Assembly: GCA_040008015.1 (NCBI GenBank)
Contig: JBDTTZ010000125.1
Coordinates: 1 to 41,822 of the forward strand
Direction of reading: 5' to 3'
DNA length: 41,822 nt
DNA from: Gemmatimonadota bacterium
GTDB taxonomy: Bacteria; Gemmatimonadota; Gemmatimonadetes; Gemmatimonadales; GWC2-71-9
Made by a program: the position numbers and the translations under genes. Positions 32,837-41,394 of this stretch are shown one piece after another. The notes below the pieces were generated by a model. That model was not told the DNA's origin. It did not search any database and was given only the letters and a program-made list of their open reading frames with translations. The stretch's first letter is position 1, and each line of letters opens with the position of its first letter.

Positions 32837-33295
32837 ATGGCCACACCCCGCTCGCTCCGGGATCCCGCCGGCCGGTCGGCAATTCTCGACCGCCTGGCCC
32901 GGCTCACGCCAGCTCATGAACGACGCTGGGGCAAGATGGAGCCTGCTCAGTTGCTGCCCCACCTGGGAGAAGGCCTCCGGATGGCACTCGGCGAGCGGAG
33001 AATGGAAGGTCCGATAAAGCGCGGTCTCGGCGCCCTGATCTTCCGCTACCTCGCCATTCATCGATTCCCCTGGCCCGAAGGGAAAATCCCTGCCCCACGC
33101 GGGACGTTCAAGACACCCAGCGCGGGCTGGGAGCAGGATCGAAAGCTGCTGATCGAGCTGATTGAGCGCTTCGCAGCCGCAGAGCCGGGACTGTTTGCGG
33201 TGGAGCATCCATCCTTTGGCCGGATGAGGCCGAAAGACTGGGACGTCCTGCAATACCGCCATCTCGATCATCATTTCCGGCAATTTGGTGCCTGA
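32837..33295 (+). CDS. DUF1569 domain-containing protein
   Basis: The C-terminus HPSFGRMRPKDWDVLQYRHLDHHFRQFG is the DUF1569 hallmark. Confidence 0.85.
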   Translation: MATPRSLRDPAGRSAILDRLARLTPAHERRWGKMEPAQLLPHLGEGLRMALGERRMEGPIKRGLGALIFRYLAIHRFPWPEGKIPAPRGTFKTPSAGWEQDRKLLIELIERFAAAEPGLFAVEHPSFGRMRPKDWDVLQYRHLDHHFRQFGA

Positions 33296-33357
33296 CGCCG
33301 GCGTGATCCACGGCTGAAGACCCGGCCCGGCTCACCATCGTCATTCACGGAGGTCCC

Positions 33358-33819
33358 GTGCGACTGTTCCCGGCTCTCGCTCTCGCTGCTACCCTCGGGT
33401 TCACTGGAACCGCCCGGGCCCAGCAGATCGACTCGGCCAAGGCCGCCCTGATTCGCCGGATCATCGACGTTACCCACATGGGCGAGCAGATGATCCTGGC
33501 TATCGAAGCCAGCGTTCCGGACCAGCGGGCGGCCAATCCCCGCATTCCGTCGGTATTCTGGGATCGCTTCCTCGAACGGGCGAACAGCCGCAAGCAGGAG
33601 CTGTTGGGCGAGATGGTCCCCATCTATGCGAAAATATTTACCGCACGCGAGCTGGAGCAGCTGCTGCAGTTCTGGCAAAGTGGTATCGGCCAGCGCTTCA
33701 TCGAGCTGCAACCCCGGCTGACCCAGGACGTCATGACGGCGGCGCGGGATTGGGGTGGCCGCCTGGGCGCCGAGATTGCCCAGGAGCTGCAAGCGGAGGG
33801 AGTCGAGATCAAGCCGTAG
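33358..33819 (+). CDS. DUF2059-like secreted protein
   Basis: GTG start preceded by ggagg. The signal peptide is MRLFPALALAATLGFTGTARA. The IYAKIFTARELEQLLQFWQSGIGQRF pattern is characteristic. Confidence 0.75.
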   Translation: MRLFPALALAATLGFTGTARAQQIDSAKAALIRRIIDVTHMGEQMILAIEASVPDQRAANPRIPSVFWDRFLERANSRKQELLGEMVPIYAKIFTARELEQLLQFWQSGIGQRFIELQPRLTQDVMTAARDWGGRLGAEIAQELQAEGVEIKP

Positions 33820-33918
33820 CCCGGCAATTCCGGAAACCGGCCCCATTGCCTGCATCCCCGACGCACCTGGCCGCTCCCAGCGGCCATTCGCCGCAGCGCG
33901 CTTCTCCCTGCCTGCACC

Positions 33919-35073
33919 GTGCGGTACCTTGTCACGATGACCGCCCGCCGTTCCCCCGGTATCGCTTCCCCCTGGTTCATCCCGGGATTCGTCCTGCTGC
34001 TTGCCAGCGTACTCGGCATCATCGCATCGTGGCAACACCACGCAACGATGGTCTACGAAGGCGGCGACTCCTCCGCGGGCCACGCGCTCGGCATGGGAAT
34101 GCCGTTCTGGTATCTCTGGGCCCTGCTGACCCCGGTGGTTTTCTGGTTCGCCCGGAAGGTCCCGCTGGAAGGGCGCCGATGGCCATGGCGCGCGCTGGCC
34201 CACGCCGGGTTTGCCGTCGTCATCTCGCTGGTCCATGCCGCGCTGGAGATCGGGTTCCGCAGCCTCGCGCTGTTTCATGCCCACACGACCGTGCTGCGGG
34301 TCACCCGGTCCTCCCTGGTCCAGGCGTTCTATTCCCTCGGCACTGACCTGCTCCTTTACAGCTTTATCCTCGGCACCTGGTACATGTTCTCGCTCTATCG
34401 CAAGCTGAAAGAGCGGGAAGTCACTGCTTCCCGGCTCGAAGCGCAGCTGACCCAGGCCCGGCTGGCGGCGCTGCGGAGCCAGCTGCAGCCGCATTTCTTC
34501 TTTAACGCCATGAACACCATCGCGATGCTGGTCCGGGCCCAGGAGAACGCGCTCGCGATTCGCACCGTGGCGGGAATGAGCGACCTGTTGCGTCACGTTC
34601 TCCAGGAAGACCCTCCATCGCTGGTGACCCTGCGAGAGGAGCTGGTATTCGTGGAACGCTATCTCGAGATCGAGCGCATTCGCTTCGGGGACCGGATGCA
34701 TTCCAGCATCCACACCGGGCCGGACACCCTCGACGTGATGGTCCCCAACCTGTTCCTTCAGCCGCTGGTGGAGAACGCGGTGCGGCACGGCGTAGGCCGG
34801 CGAGCCGAAGCCAGCCTGGTCGAAGTCCGCGCCACGCGGCAGAATGGCAAGCTCACCATCACGGTGCGCGACGATGGGCCCGGTCCCTCGTCCACCGCCA
34901 TCAGCTCCGCCGGCGTGGGCATTGGCATCCGGAACACCCGGGAGCGGTTGCACGAGCTGTACGGCGATCGCTTCACCTTCGAGCTGCGCGACGCGGCCGG
35001 TGGTGGAGCCCAGGTCACGATCGAGCTGCCGGCGGAAATGCCGGAGCCGCTCAACCCGGCAGTGGAGGGATGA
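33919..35073 (+). CDS. LytS/YehU-type sensor histidine kinase
   Basis: There are multiple N-terminal TM segments. The His_kinase signature is LRSQLQPHFFFNAMNTIAMLV, and the HATPase motifs are LQPLVENAVRHG and GVGIGIRNTRERL. The start could also be ATG 33937. Confidence 0.85.
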   Translation: MRYLVTMTARRSPGIASPWFIPGFVLLLASVLGIIASWQHHATMVYEGGDSSAGHALGMGMPFWYLWALLTPVVFWFARKVPLEGRRWPWRALAHAGFAVVISLVHAALEIGFRSLALFHAHTTVLRVTRSSLVQAFYSLGTDLLLYSFILGTWYMFSLYRKLKEREVTASRLEAQLTQARLAALRSQLQPHFFFNAMNTIAMLVRAQENALAIRTVAGMSDLLRHVLQEDPPSLVTLREELVFVERYLEIERIRFGDRMHSSIHTGPDTLDVMVPNLFLQPLVENAVRHGVGRRAEASLVEVRATRQNGKLTITVRDDGPGPSSTAISSAGVGIGIRNTRERLHELYGDRFTFELRDAAGGGAQVTIELPAEMPEPLNPAVEG

Positions 35074-35855
35074 CCGCCCTGGTCCGGGTGATGGTCGTGG
35101 ACGACGAGCCGCGGGCGCGGTCCGGCATGATCGCCCTGCTCGGCCGGGACCCGGAGCTCACGGTGGTGGGCGAGTGCGGTGACGGGCTGACGGCGGTATC
35201 AGCCATCGGGAAGCTGACCCCGGACCTGGTCCTGCTCGATGTGCAGATGCCGGAGGCTGACGGCTTCGAAGTCCTGAGGGCGATCGGCAACGAGCGGATG
35301 CCGGTAGTGATCTTTGTGACGGCCTACGACCAGTTTGCCGTGAAGGCCTTCGAGGTGAACGCGCTCGACTACCTGCTGAAGCCCTTCGACGACGAGCGCT
35401 TCACCGCGGCGATCGACCGCGCCAAGCGCGCGCTCCGGCAGGACCCGGCCGGCCTGGCGGACCTGGGCCGCCGCGTGGCCGGTTTGCTGGAGCAGACCGC
35501 AGGTGTCGCGGCCGGCAAACCGCTGACCCGGATCATCGTGAAGGAGACCGGGCGCGCCATCTTCCTGAGCGTAGACGAGCTGGACTGGATCGAAGCCGCG
35601 GACTATTGCGTCAAGCTTCACGTGCGGGGACACACCCACCTGATTCGGCAGTCCATGCAATCGCTGGAAGGCCGGCTCGATCCGCAACGGTTCTTCCGGG
35701 TTCACCGGTCCGCCCTGGTCAACCTGGACCGGGTCAAGGAGGTCCAGCCGCTCTTCAAAGGCGAGCACGTAGTGATCCTCCAGGATGGCACCAGGCTCAA
35801 GCTGAGCCGCAACCGCAAGGACAGCCTGGAGGCGCTGCTGGGCCAGTCCCTGTAA
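35070..35855 (+). CDS. LytR/AlgR-family response regulator (REC + LytTR DNA-binding domain)
   Basis: VMVVDDEPRAR..DLVLLDVQMPEADGFEV is followed by the LytTR region (IEAADYCVKLHVRG..FFRVHRSALVNL). There is an ATGA overlap with the kinase gene. Confidence 0.9.
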   Translation: MTALVRVMVVDDEPRARSGMIALLGRDPELTVVGECGDGLTAVSAIGKLTPDLVLLDVQMPEADGFEVLRAIGNERMPVVIFVTAYDQFAVKAFEVNALDYLLKPFDDERFTAAIDRAKRALRQDPAGLADLGRRVAGLLEQTAGVAAGKPLTRIIVKETGRAIFLSVDELDWIEAADYCVKLHVRGHTHLIRQSMQSLEGRLDPQRFFRVHRSALVNLDRVKEVQPLFKGEHVVILQDGTRLKLSRNRKDSLEALLGQSL

Positions 35856-35964
35856 CCATTCGCTGCACCCCCACCCCATCCGCTGCAAACCGTTTGTTCC
35901 CAGGCCCCCGTTTCAATAGAGTCGATCATCCACCGAGTCCCCTACACTATCACGGGAGCTGCCC

Positions 35965-36924
35965 ATGTCTTCCCCACGTCTGGCACTGTTGCTGGCGCTG
36001 CTCGTCCCCGCCGGAGTCGTTGCCCGGCACGACCAGGTTGTCTCGCCCGCTGATGACATCCTGGTCTCCACGACGTGGCTGGCCGGCCGTCTCAACGACC
36101 CCGACCTGGTCATCCTGGAAGTCGGACCCCGCGAAGCCTACGACGCCGGCCACATTCCCGGGGCACAGTTCGCGGACCTCATGGCGCTGTCGGCGCCGCA
36201 CAACATGTCGATGAGCCGCGAGGCCGAGCGGGAACGAGACACCACCCTGGCTCTCGAGCTTCCGACGACCTCGCACCTCGATTCCGTGCTCAGCGCCTTC
36301 GGGATCTCCAACGACTCGAGAGTGGTCGTCTATTTCAACGAGGAGTGGCTTACTCCGGCGGCACGGGTCTTTCTGACCCTTGACTATGCCGGGCTCCGGG
36401 GCCGGGTCTATTACCTCGACGGTGGCACCACGGCCTGGAAGGCGGAGAACCGCCCGGTCAACAAGGATGTCCCGGCGCCCCGCCGCGGCTCTTTCCATTC
36501 AGCCACCCGCAATGACGTGGTCGTTAATTCCTCCTTTGTGAAGGCCCATCTCCGCGATCCGGCTATCCGCATCCTCGATGCCCGGGACGCCGAGTTCTAC
36601 AGCGACACCCATGACAACGGGATGAAGCGGGGCGGCCATATTGCCGGCGCGGGCAGCGTTCCTTTTGGGACCCTGGTGGATACCCTCTCGATGCGATTCA
36701 AGAGCAAGGCGGAGCTTTCCCGCATGTTTGCCGAGCAGGGAGTGCGTCCCGGCGCCACCATCGTGAGCTACTGCCATATCGGCCAGCAGGGCAGTCTCCT
36801 GTATTTCGCGGCGCGCTACCTCGGCTATGAAGCACGGCTCTATGACGGATCCTTCCAGGACTGGAGCCGCCACGCGGAGTTACCGGTCGAAGGCGCGCGC
36901 CGGGCCGCGGGAAGCGGGAACTGA
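35965..36924 (+). CDS. Exported tandem-rhodanese sulfurtransferase (thiosulfate/3-mercaptopyruvate sulfurtransferase-like)
   Basis: It has a signal peptide, MSSPRLALLLALLVPAGVVA. The N-terminal rhodanese domain is inactive, and the C-terminal domain has the active-site loop YCHIGQQGS. Confidence 0.85.
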   Translation: MSSPRLALLLALLVPAGVVARHDQVVSPADDILVSTTWLAGRLNDPDLVILEVGPREAYDAGHIPGAQFADLMALSAPHNMSMSREAERERDTTLALELPTTSHLDSVLSAFGISNDSRVVVYFNEEWLTPAARVFLTLDYAGLRGRVYYLDGGTTAWKAENRPVNKDVPAPRRGSFHSATRNDVVVNSSFVKAHLRDPAIRILDARDAEFYSDTHDNGMKRGGHIAGAGSVPFGTLVDTLSMRFKSKAELSRMFAEQGVRPGATIVSYCHIGQQGSLLYFAARYLGYEARLYDGSFQDWSRHAELPVEGARRAAGSGN

Positions 36925-36929
36925 CCGTC

Positions 36930-38357
36930 GTGCCCGCACTCGCGAAACCGCGTCCATCGGGCGTCCCCGGTACGTCGAGCGTCCCTGCCCGACTTACCGT
37001 CGGATCCGGCGTGCGGGTTCCGGTCCTTGGCGGTGCCGAGCGGCGATATGTCAACCTGGATAACGCCGCCAGCACTCCGCCTTTCACCAGCGTGCTGCGG
37101 ACGGTCAACCGTTTCTCCCGCTGGTACAGCAACGTGCACCGCGGAGTGGGATTCAAGTCCCGGCTTTCCTCCCACGCCTACGAGGAGGCGCGGGTCACGG
37201 TGGCGCGTTTCGTCGGGGCAACGCCGTCCGACGTAGTCATCTTCTGTCGCAATACCACCCATGCCATCAATCAGGTCGCGCACCGGGTGTATTTATCGCA
37301 GCGCCCGATCGTGCTGGTCTCCTCGATGGAGCACCACTCTAACGATCTCCCGTGGCGCCGGGTGGGCCAGGTCGTCCACATCGCGCTCGACGGAGCGGGC
37401 CGGATCGACGAGGATCACCTGGGAACCCTGCTCCGGCAGTACGGGCCGCGGATCGGCATGGTCGCCGTCGCCGGCGCCTCGAACGTCACCGGCATCGTCA
37501 ATCCGGTTCACCGGTACGCCCGGCTGGCTCACGAGGCCGGCGCCCGGATCCTGGTGGACGCAGCGCAGCTGGCGCCGCATCGCCCCATCGATGTGCGCCC
37601 CGCCGGCGATCCGGAGCACCTGGACTTCGTGGCCTTTTCCGGACACAAGATCTACGCTCCCTTCGGCGCCGGCGTGCTGGTCGGCCCTCGCAGCCTTTTC
37701 CTTGAAGATGACCCGTACGAAGTCGGCGGCGGCACGGTGGACATCGTGAACCAGAGGGAAGTTGTCTGGACCGACTTGCCGGATCGGGAAGAGGCGGGAA
37801 CTCCGTGCATCGTGGGAGCCATCGCGCTGGCGGCAGCCATCGAGCGGATCGAAACCATCGGCTGGCCCGCGCTTACCGGCCACGAGTCGAAACTCACCGC
37901 CAGCGCCCTGCGCCGCCTGGCCGAGATTCCCGGGCTCACCCTGTATGGCGACATTGACCCGGCCCGGGCGGCGGAACGCCTTGGCGTAATGGCGTTCAAC
38001 CTTGATGGGCGTCCCCACGCGCAGGTCGCCGCGATTCTCAGTCATGAGTGGGGTATCGGAACCCGGAGCGGCTGCTTTTGCGCCCAGATCTACCTGAAGC
38101 ATTTGCTGGGCATTGACGATACCGGTGCCCGGGAAATCGAGCGCAGGATGCGGTCGGGCGACCGGCGCGACGTACCCGGCGCGGTGCGCCTCAGCATCGG
38201 GGCGTACAGCACCTCGGCAGACATCACCCGCATCGCCGCCGCGCTCGGAGCCATCGCCGCCGGGAACGTCAGCGGCACGTACCCGGTCGATCAGGGCTCC
38301 GGAGAATATCATCCAACGGGAATGCGGTATGACTACGGCAGCTATTACGGAGGTTAA
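36930..38357 (+). CDS. Class V aminotransferase-fold PLP enzyme (cysteine desulfurase / selenocysteine lyase-like)
   Basis: YVNLDNAASTP is present. The PLP-lysine context is FSGHKIYAPFGAGVL, and the Cys loop is GTRSGCFCAQ. The start is uncertain (GTG 36930 or a later GTG). Confidence 0.85.
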   Translation: MPALAKPRPSGVPGTSSVPARLTVGSGVRVPVLGGAERRYVNLDNAASTPPFTSVLRTVNRFSRWYSNVHRGVGFKSRLSSHAYEEARVTVARFVGATPSDVVIFCRNTTHAINQVAHRVYLSQRPIVLVSSMEHHSNDLPWRRVGQVVHIALDGAGRIDEDHLGTLLRQYGPRIGMVAVAGASNVTGIVNPVHRYARLAHEAGARILVDAAQLAPHRPIDVRPAGDPEHLDFVAFSGHKIYAPFGAGVLVGPRSLFLEDDPYEVGGGTVDIVNQREVVWTDLPDREEAGTPCIVGAIALAAAIERIETIGWPALTGHESKLTASALRRLAEIPGLTLYGDIDPARAAERLGVMAFNLDGRPHAQVAAILSHEWGIGTRSGCFCAQIYLKHLLGIDDTGAREIERRMRSGDRRDVPGAVRLSIGAYSTSADITRIAAALGAIAAGNVSGTYPVDQGSGEYHPTGMRYDYGSYYGG

Positions 38358-38367
38358 CCGCCCCACG

Positions 38368-38904
38368 GTGAAGACCGTGGTTCGACAGCGTCGCACCGCC
38401 GCACCGTACATGAACCCATACCTGGCCGGCGTCGGGGTGGGGCTGGTTCTGCTCACGGCATTTGTGACCATGGGCCACGGTGTGGGTGCGTCCGGCGCGG
38501 TCGTCTCGATCGTCGGCGCGGGGGTGCAGGCCGTCGCGCCGGCCCATGCGGCCGGCAGTGAATTCTTCCAGCCCTACCTCGGCGCGACTCCCGTCCGCAC
38601 TCTCGATACCTGGCTGGTGCTGGAGCTCGCCGGGATTTTTCTGGGTGGCTTCGCCTCGGCCTGGCTGGCCGGCCGGGTGAAGCCGGGAATCACGGGCAGA
38701 AGGATCGGAGCGTCACCCCGGCTGCTGAATGCGGTCGCCGGGGGAACCATCATGGGCTTCGCCACCCGGCTGGCCCGCGGATGCACCAGTGGCCAGGGCC
38801 TCACCGGTGGCGCTCTGCTCAACGTGGGGAGTTGGGCGTTCATGCTGGCGCTTTTCGCCGGCGCGTACCTGGTCGCCCATCTGGTGAGGCGGCAATGGAC
38901 CTGA
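38368..38904 (+). CDS. YeeE/YedE-family sulfur-compound transporter, half-size subunit 1
   Basis: The signature is RLARGCTSGQGLTGG, with TM-rich flanks. The start is ambiguous: ATG 38329, GTG 38368 (13 nt after ggagg) or ATG 38410. Confidence 0.75.
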   Translation: MKTVVRQRRTAAPYMNPYLAGVGVGLVLLTAFVTMGHGVGASGAVVSIVGAGVQAVAPAHAAGSEFFQPYLGATPVRTLDTWLVLELAGIFLGGFASAWLAGRVKPGITGRRIGASPRLLNAVAGGTIMGFATRLARGCTSGQGLTGGALLNVGSWAFMLALFAGAYLVAHLVRRQWT

Positions 38905-39503
38905 CCGCGCCGTTCTATCAATTCGGAGCCCTGGGTCCCGGGTCCGGACTTGTCGTCGCGGTGCTGATCGGCGCCGCCTTCGGCTTTTTCCTCGAGCGCG
39001 GAGGCCTCGGCAACGGGAGGAAGCTGGCATCCCAGTTCTACCTCAACGACCTCACCGTGTTCAAGGTGATGTTCACTGCGATACTGACCGCCCTGCTTGG
39101 GCTCTTCTGGCTGGGCCAGGTCGGGGTGCTCGACACCTCTCTGATTCTGTTGAGTCCCACCTATCTCGTGCCCCAGATCGTCGGAGGGCTGCTCTTTGGG
39201 GCCGGATTCGTGATCGGAGGCTATTGCCCGGGCACCTCCTGCATCGCCGTGGCCAGCGGTAAGCTCGATGCACTCGCCGTGTTCGGCGGCATGATGGCCG
39301 GAATACTGGTCTATGGCGAGGTCTATCCCTCCATCCGCCCCTTCGCCGAAAGCACCAGCATGGGGCGGATCAGCCTCCCCGAACTGCTCTCGGTCCGGCC
39401 GGGTGTCATGGTTGCGGCCGTCACGATGCTGGCGCTGGGCGGTTTCGTCCTCGCCGATCGGATCGAAAAGCGCCGGGGAAACCGGCTGGTGCAGCCCGAA
39501 TGA
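38895..39503 (+). CDS. YeeE/YedE-family sulfur-compound transporter, half-size subunit 2
   Basis: The start MDLTAPF is preceded by gagg. The signature is GGYCPGTSCIA. It overlaps the upstream gene by 10 nt. Confidence 0.8.
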   Translation: MDLTAPFYQFGALGPGSGLVVAVLIGAAFGFFLERGGLGNGRKLASQFYLNDLTVFKVMFTAILTALLGLFWLGQVGVLDTSLILLSPTYLVPQIVGGLLFGAGFVIGGYCPGTSCIAVASGKLDALAVFGGMMAGILVYGEVYPSIRPFAESTSMGRISLPELLSVRPGVMVAAVTMLALGGFVLADRIEKRRGNRLVQPE

Positions 39504-40099
39504 TCAATCGCCTGCTCGGTTTCACCGCGCTGCTACTCGGCGGGTCTGCTCTCCTGGTGCCCGACCGACCAGCCGTCGACTCTGCCGGGACGCCATCTCC
39601 CGCTCACCACGATCTAGTCGCGGCGGAGAGTCTCGCGGCCCGGATCATGGCGAATGGGACGGCGGGACTGACCCTGGTCGATCTACGGGCCCCGACTGCT
39701 TTCGATTCCTACCACATTCCCGGCGCCGTGCGGCTGGAAGCGGGCGAACTGGGCCAGGCCCGGCTGCCGGAGGCGAACACCATCGTGCTGTACGATGATG
39801 CGGAATCGAGCGCCGCAGGCGTCTGGCTGCTGCTCAAGGCCCAGGGGTACGCCAGCGTGTATGTCTTGTCCGGTGGAATGGCCGCATGGAAGGACGAGGT
39901 CCTCCACCCTGCCCTTCCCCCGGGCATGGCTCGCGAGACCGAGGCTCGTTTCGGCAGGCAGATGGAGCTGAGCCGGTTCTTCGGCGGAAGCCCCGTGCCC
40001 GCCCCCGCGCGACGGATCACCCCGCCTTCGCCCAGGCCAGACTCAGCCGGAAAAAAGAAAGAAAGCTTCGATATCGGGCCCGGGGGGTGTTTCTATTAG
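39500..40099 (+). CDS. Membrane-anchored or secreted rhodanese-homology-domain protein without the catalytic cysteine
   Basis: LTLVDLRAPTAFDSYHIPGAVRL...IVLYDDAESSAAGVWLLLKAQGYASVYVLSGGMAAWKDEV is a rhodanese fold. The position of the active-site Cys reads Asp (YDD). The N-terminus has a hydrophobic segment. There is an ATGA overlap with the upstream gene. Confidence 0.7.
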   Translation: MINRLLGFTALLLGGSALLVPDRPAVDSAGTPSPAHHDLVAAESLAARIMANGTAGLTLVDLRAPTAFDSYHIPGAVRLEAGELGQARLPEANTIVLYDDAESSAAGVWLLLKAQGYASVYVLSGGMAAWKDEVLHPALPPGMARETEARFGRQMELSRFFGGSPVPAPARRITPPSPRPDSAGKKKESFDIGPGGCFY

Positions 40100-40263
40100 G
40101 AATAGACTAACTGTAGCAGCGATACATCTGGATTCTGCGAGACTGATCATCTCCGCTGTGAGTAAGATCATTCGACATAACCTGCCGAAATCGTTGCAAC
40201 TTCGTCCACCATGTCCTAGTTTGCGTTTTAGGTTCGGAATACCACTGCGCTCCGAGGCTTTTG

Positions 40264-41058
40264 ATGTCGCTGTCACCAGTTCAGGATCACGTCGGGCCCA
40301 GGCACCTCGTTCAGCTCTACGGGAGCGACAACCGTTCCTTCATCAAGAACGTGAGCCGCTTTCTGACCCAAGCCCTGGAGCAAGAGGGCGGTGCGCTGAT
40401 AATTGCTACGCCCGAGCACCGCGACGCCATCTATCGGAAGCTGTGGAGTCACAGAATCTCCCCGTTCGCCGCCGAGGAGGAGCATCGCCTCGTCATGATG
40501 GACGCGGGAAAGACCATGGCCCAGTTCATGGTTGGCGGAAAGCCGGACTGGGACCGGTTCGAATCGGTGATCGGGGGAGCCTTGCGAAGGGTCCGGACCG
40601 GGAAGGCCACGGCGGCCCGCCATGCCTTCGGGGAGGTTGTCGCGGTATTGTGGAAGGCGAAACGGTTTTCGGAGGCGGTCTGCCTGGAGCAATACTGGAA
40701 TCGCCTGCTGCAGTCGAGCGGCTTCAGCCTGTTTTGCGGATATCCGGTGGATGTTTTTTCGACTGATTTTCATGGTGACGCGATGGACGCGGTGCTCTGC
40801 GCTCACTCCCACCTGCTTCCGACCAACGACAAGCTTGAATCGGTGCTGCACCACGCCATGGACGAGGTCCTGGGCTCGCTCGGCGCGATGATCCGCGAGC
40901 GGTACGTGGAGCAGGAGCCCTCGCAGCCATCCCGGCTGCCGCCCGGGGAGGGGTTGGTACGCTGGCTCCGTACCAACCTGCCGGAGGATGCCGATGAGAT
41001 TCTCCGGCTGGCACGCCGCCACTTTCACGACAGCCAGCAGCTGGTTTCAAGAAACTGA
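40264..41058 (+). CDS. MEDS-domain protein (DcmR-like sensory domain)
   Basis: RHLVQLYGSDNRSFIKNVSRFLTQALEQEGGALIIATPEH follows the MEDS pattern (H.VqfY.sd..l...v..fl..gl). The ATG at 40264 is preferred over the TTG at 40261. Confidence 0.7.
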   Translation: MSLSPVQDHVGPRHLVQLYGSDNRSFIKNVSRFLTQALEQEGGALIIATPEHRDAIYRKLWSHRISPFAAEEEHRLVMMDAGKTMAQFMVGGKPDWDRFESVIGGALRRVRTGKATAARHAFGEVVAVLWKAKRFSEAVCLEQYWNRLLQSSGFSLFCGYPVDVFSTDFHGDAMDAVLCAHSHLLPTNDKLESVLHHAMDEVLGSLGAMIRERYVEQEPSQPSRLPPGEGLVRWLRTNLPEDADEILRLARRHFHDSQQLVSRN

Positions 41059-41065
41059 TCCGGAT

Positions 41066-41383
41066 TCAGCCCAGTCCCCGGGACTCCTCTAGCCCTGATT
41101 CCCGCCGCTCCGTCAACAGCCGTTCAGTGAAGTCCAGCCGGTTCTCCAGCTCTGCCACCCGCTTCTCCAGCTCATCGATGTACTCGCGGTGCTCGGCCAG
41201 CTCCTCGTCCTGCTTGTAGTCCAGATCGCCCGGTGCTCCGCGGGCAGCGGCCCGAATGTGCGGTTGTATGGTCTTCTTCATCTTGCGTCGCGCGCTGGGA
41301 TGGCCCCATTGGCGGCGACTGCGCAAGAACATGACCAAGAGAAATGGAGCCAGAGCCCAGAATATCCATCCGTGCGAATCCAT
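41066..41383 (-). CDS. Small membrane protein with a C-terminal coiled coil (PadR-associated)
   Basis: 105 aa. It has an N-terminal TM segment, WIFWALAPFLLVMFL, then a charged heptad-like region, EYIDELEKRVAELENRLDFTERLL. It lies 11 nt downstream of the PadR gene. Confidence 0.55.
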   Translation of the reverse strand: MDSHGWIFWALAPFLLVMFLRSRRQWGHPSARRKMKKTIQPHIRAAARGAPGDLDYKQDEELAEHREYIDELEKRVAELENRLDFTERLLTERRESGLEESRGLG

Positions 41384-41394
41384 GATTCACCTCC

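Noticed and set aside
40082-40096. The C-terminal ..GPGGCFY tail of the Cys-less rhodanese resembles the GG-CF tail of QbsE-type sulfur-carrier proteins
   Set aside because: The protein has a rhodanese fold, not a ubiquitin-like fold. The tail follows a long low-complexity region, and no JAMM protease or E1-like adenylyltransferase is nearby. I treat it as coincidence.
40133-40142. TCTGCGA(A/G) motif recurring in AT-rich spacers (1488, 2129, 3708, 40134) as a possible shared promoter or operator element
   Set aside because: Beyond the H2/H3 core, the matches are only 7-9 nt long. The same 9-mer also occurs inside the GntR coding region (30083-30091). The orientation relative to the downstream genes is inconsistent. 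This is within chance expectation after multiple looks.
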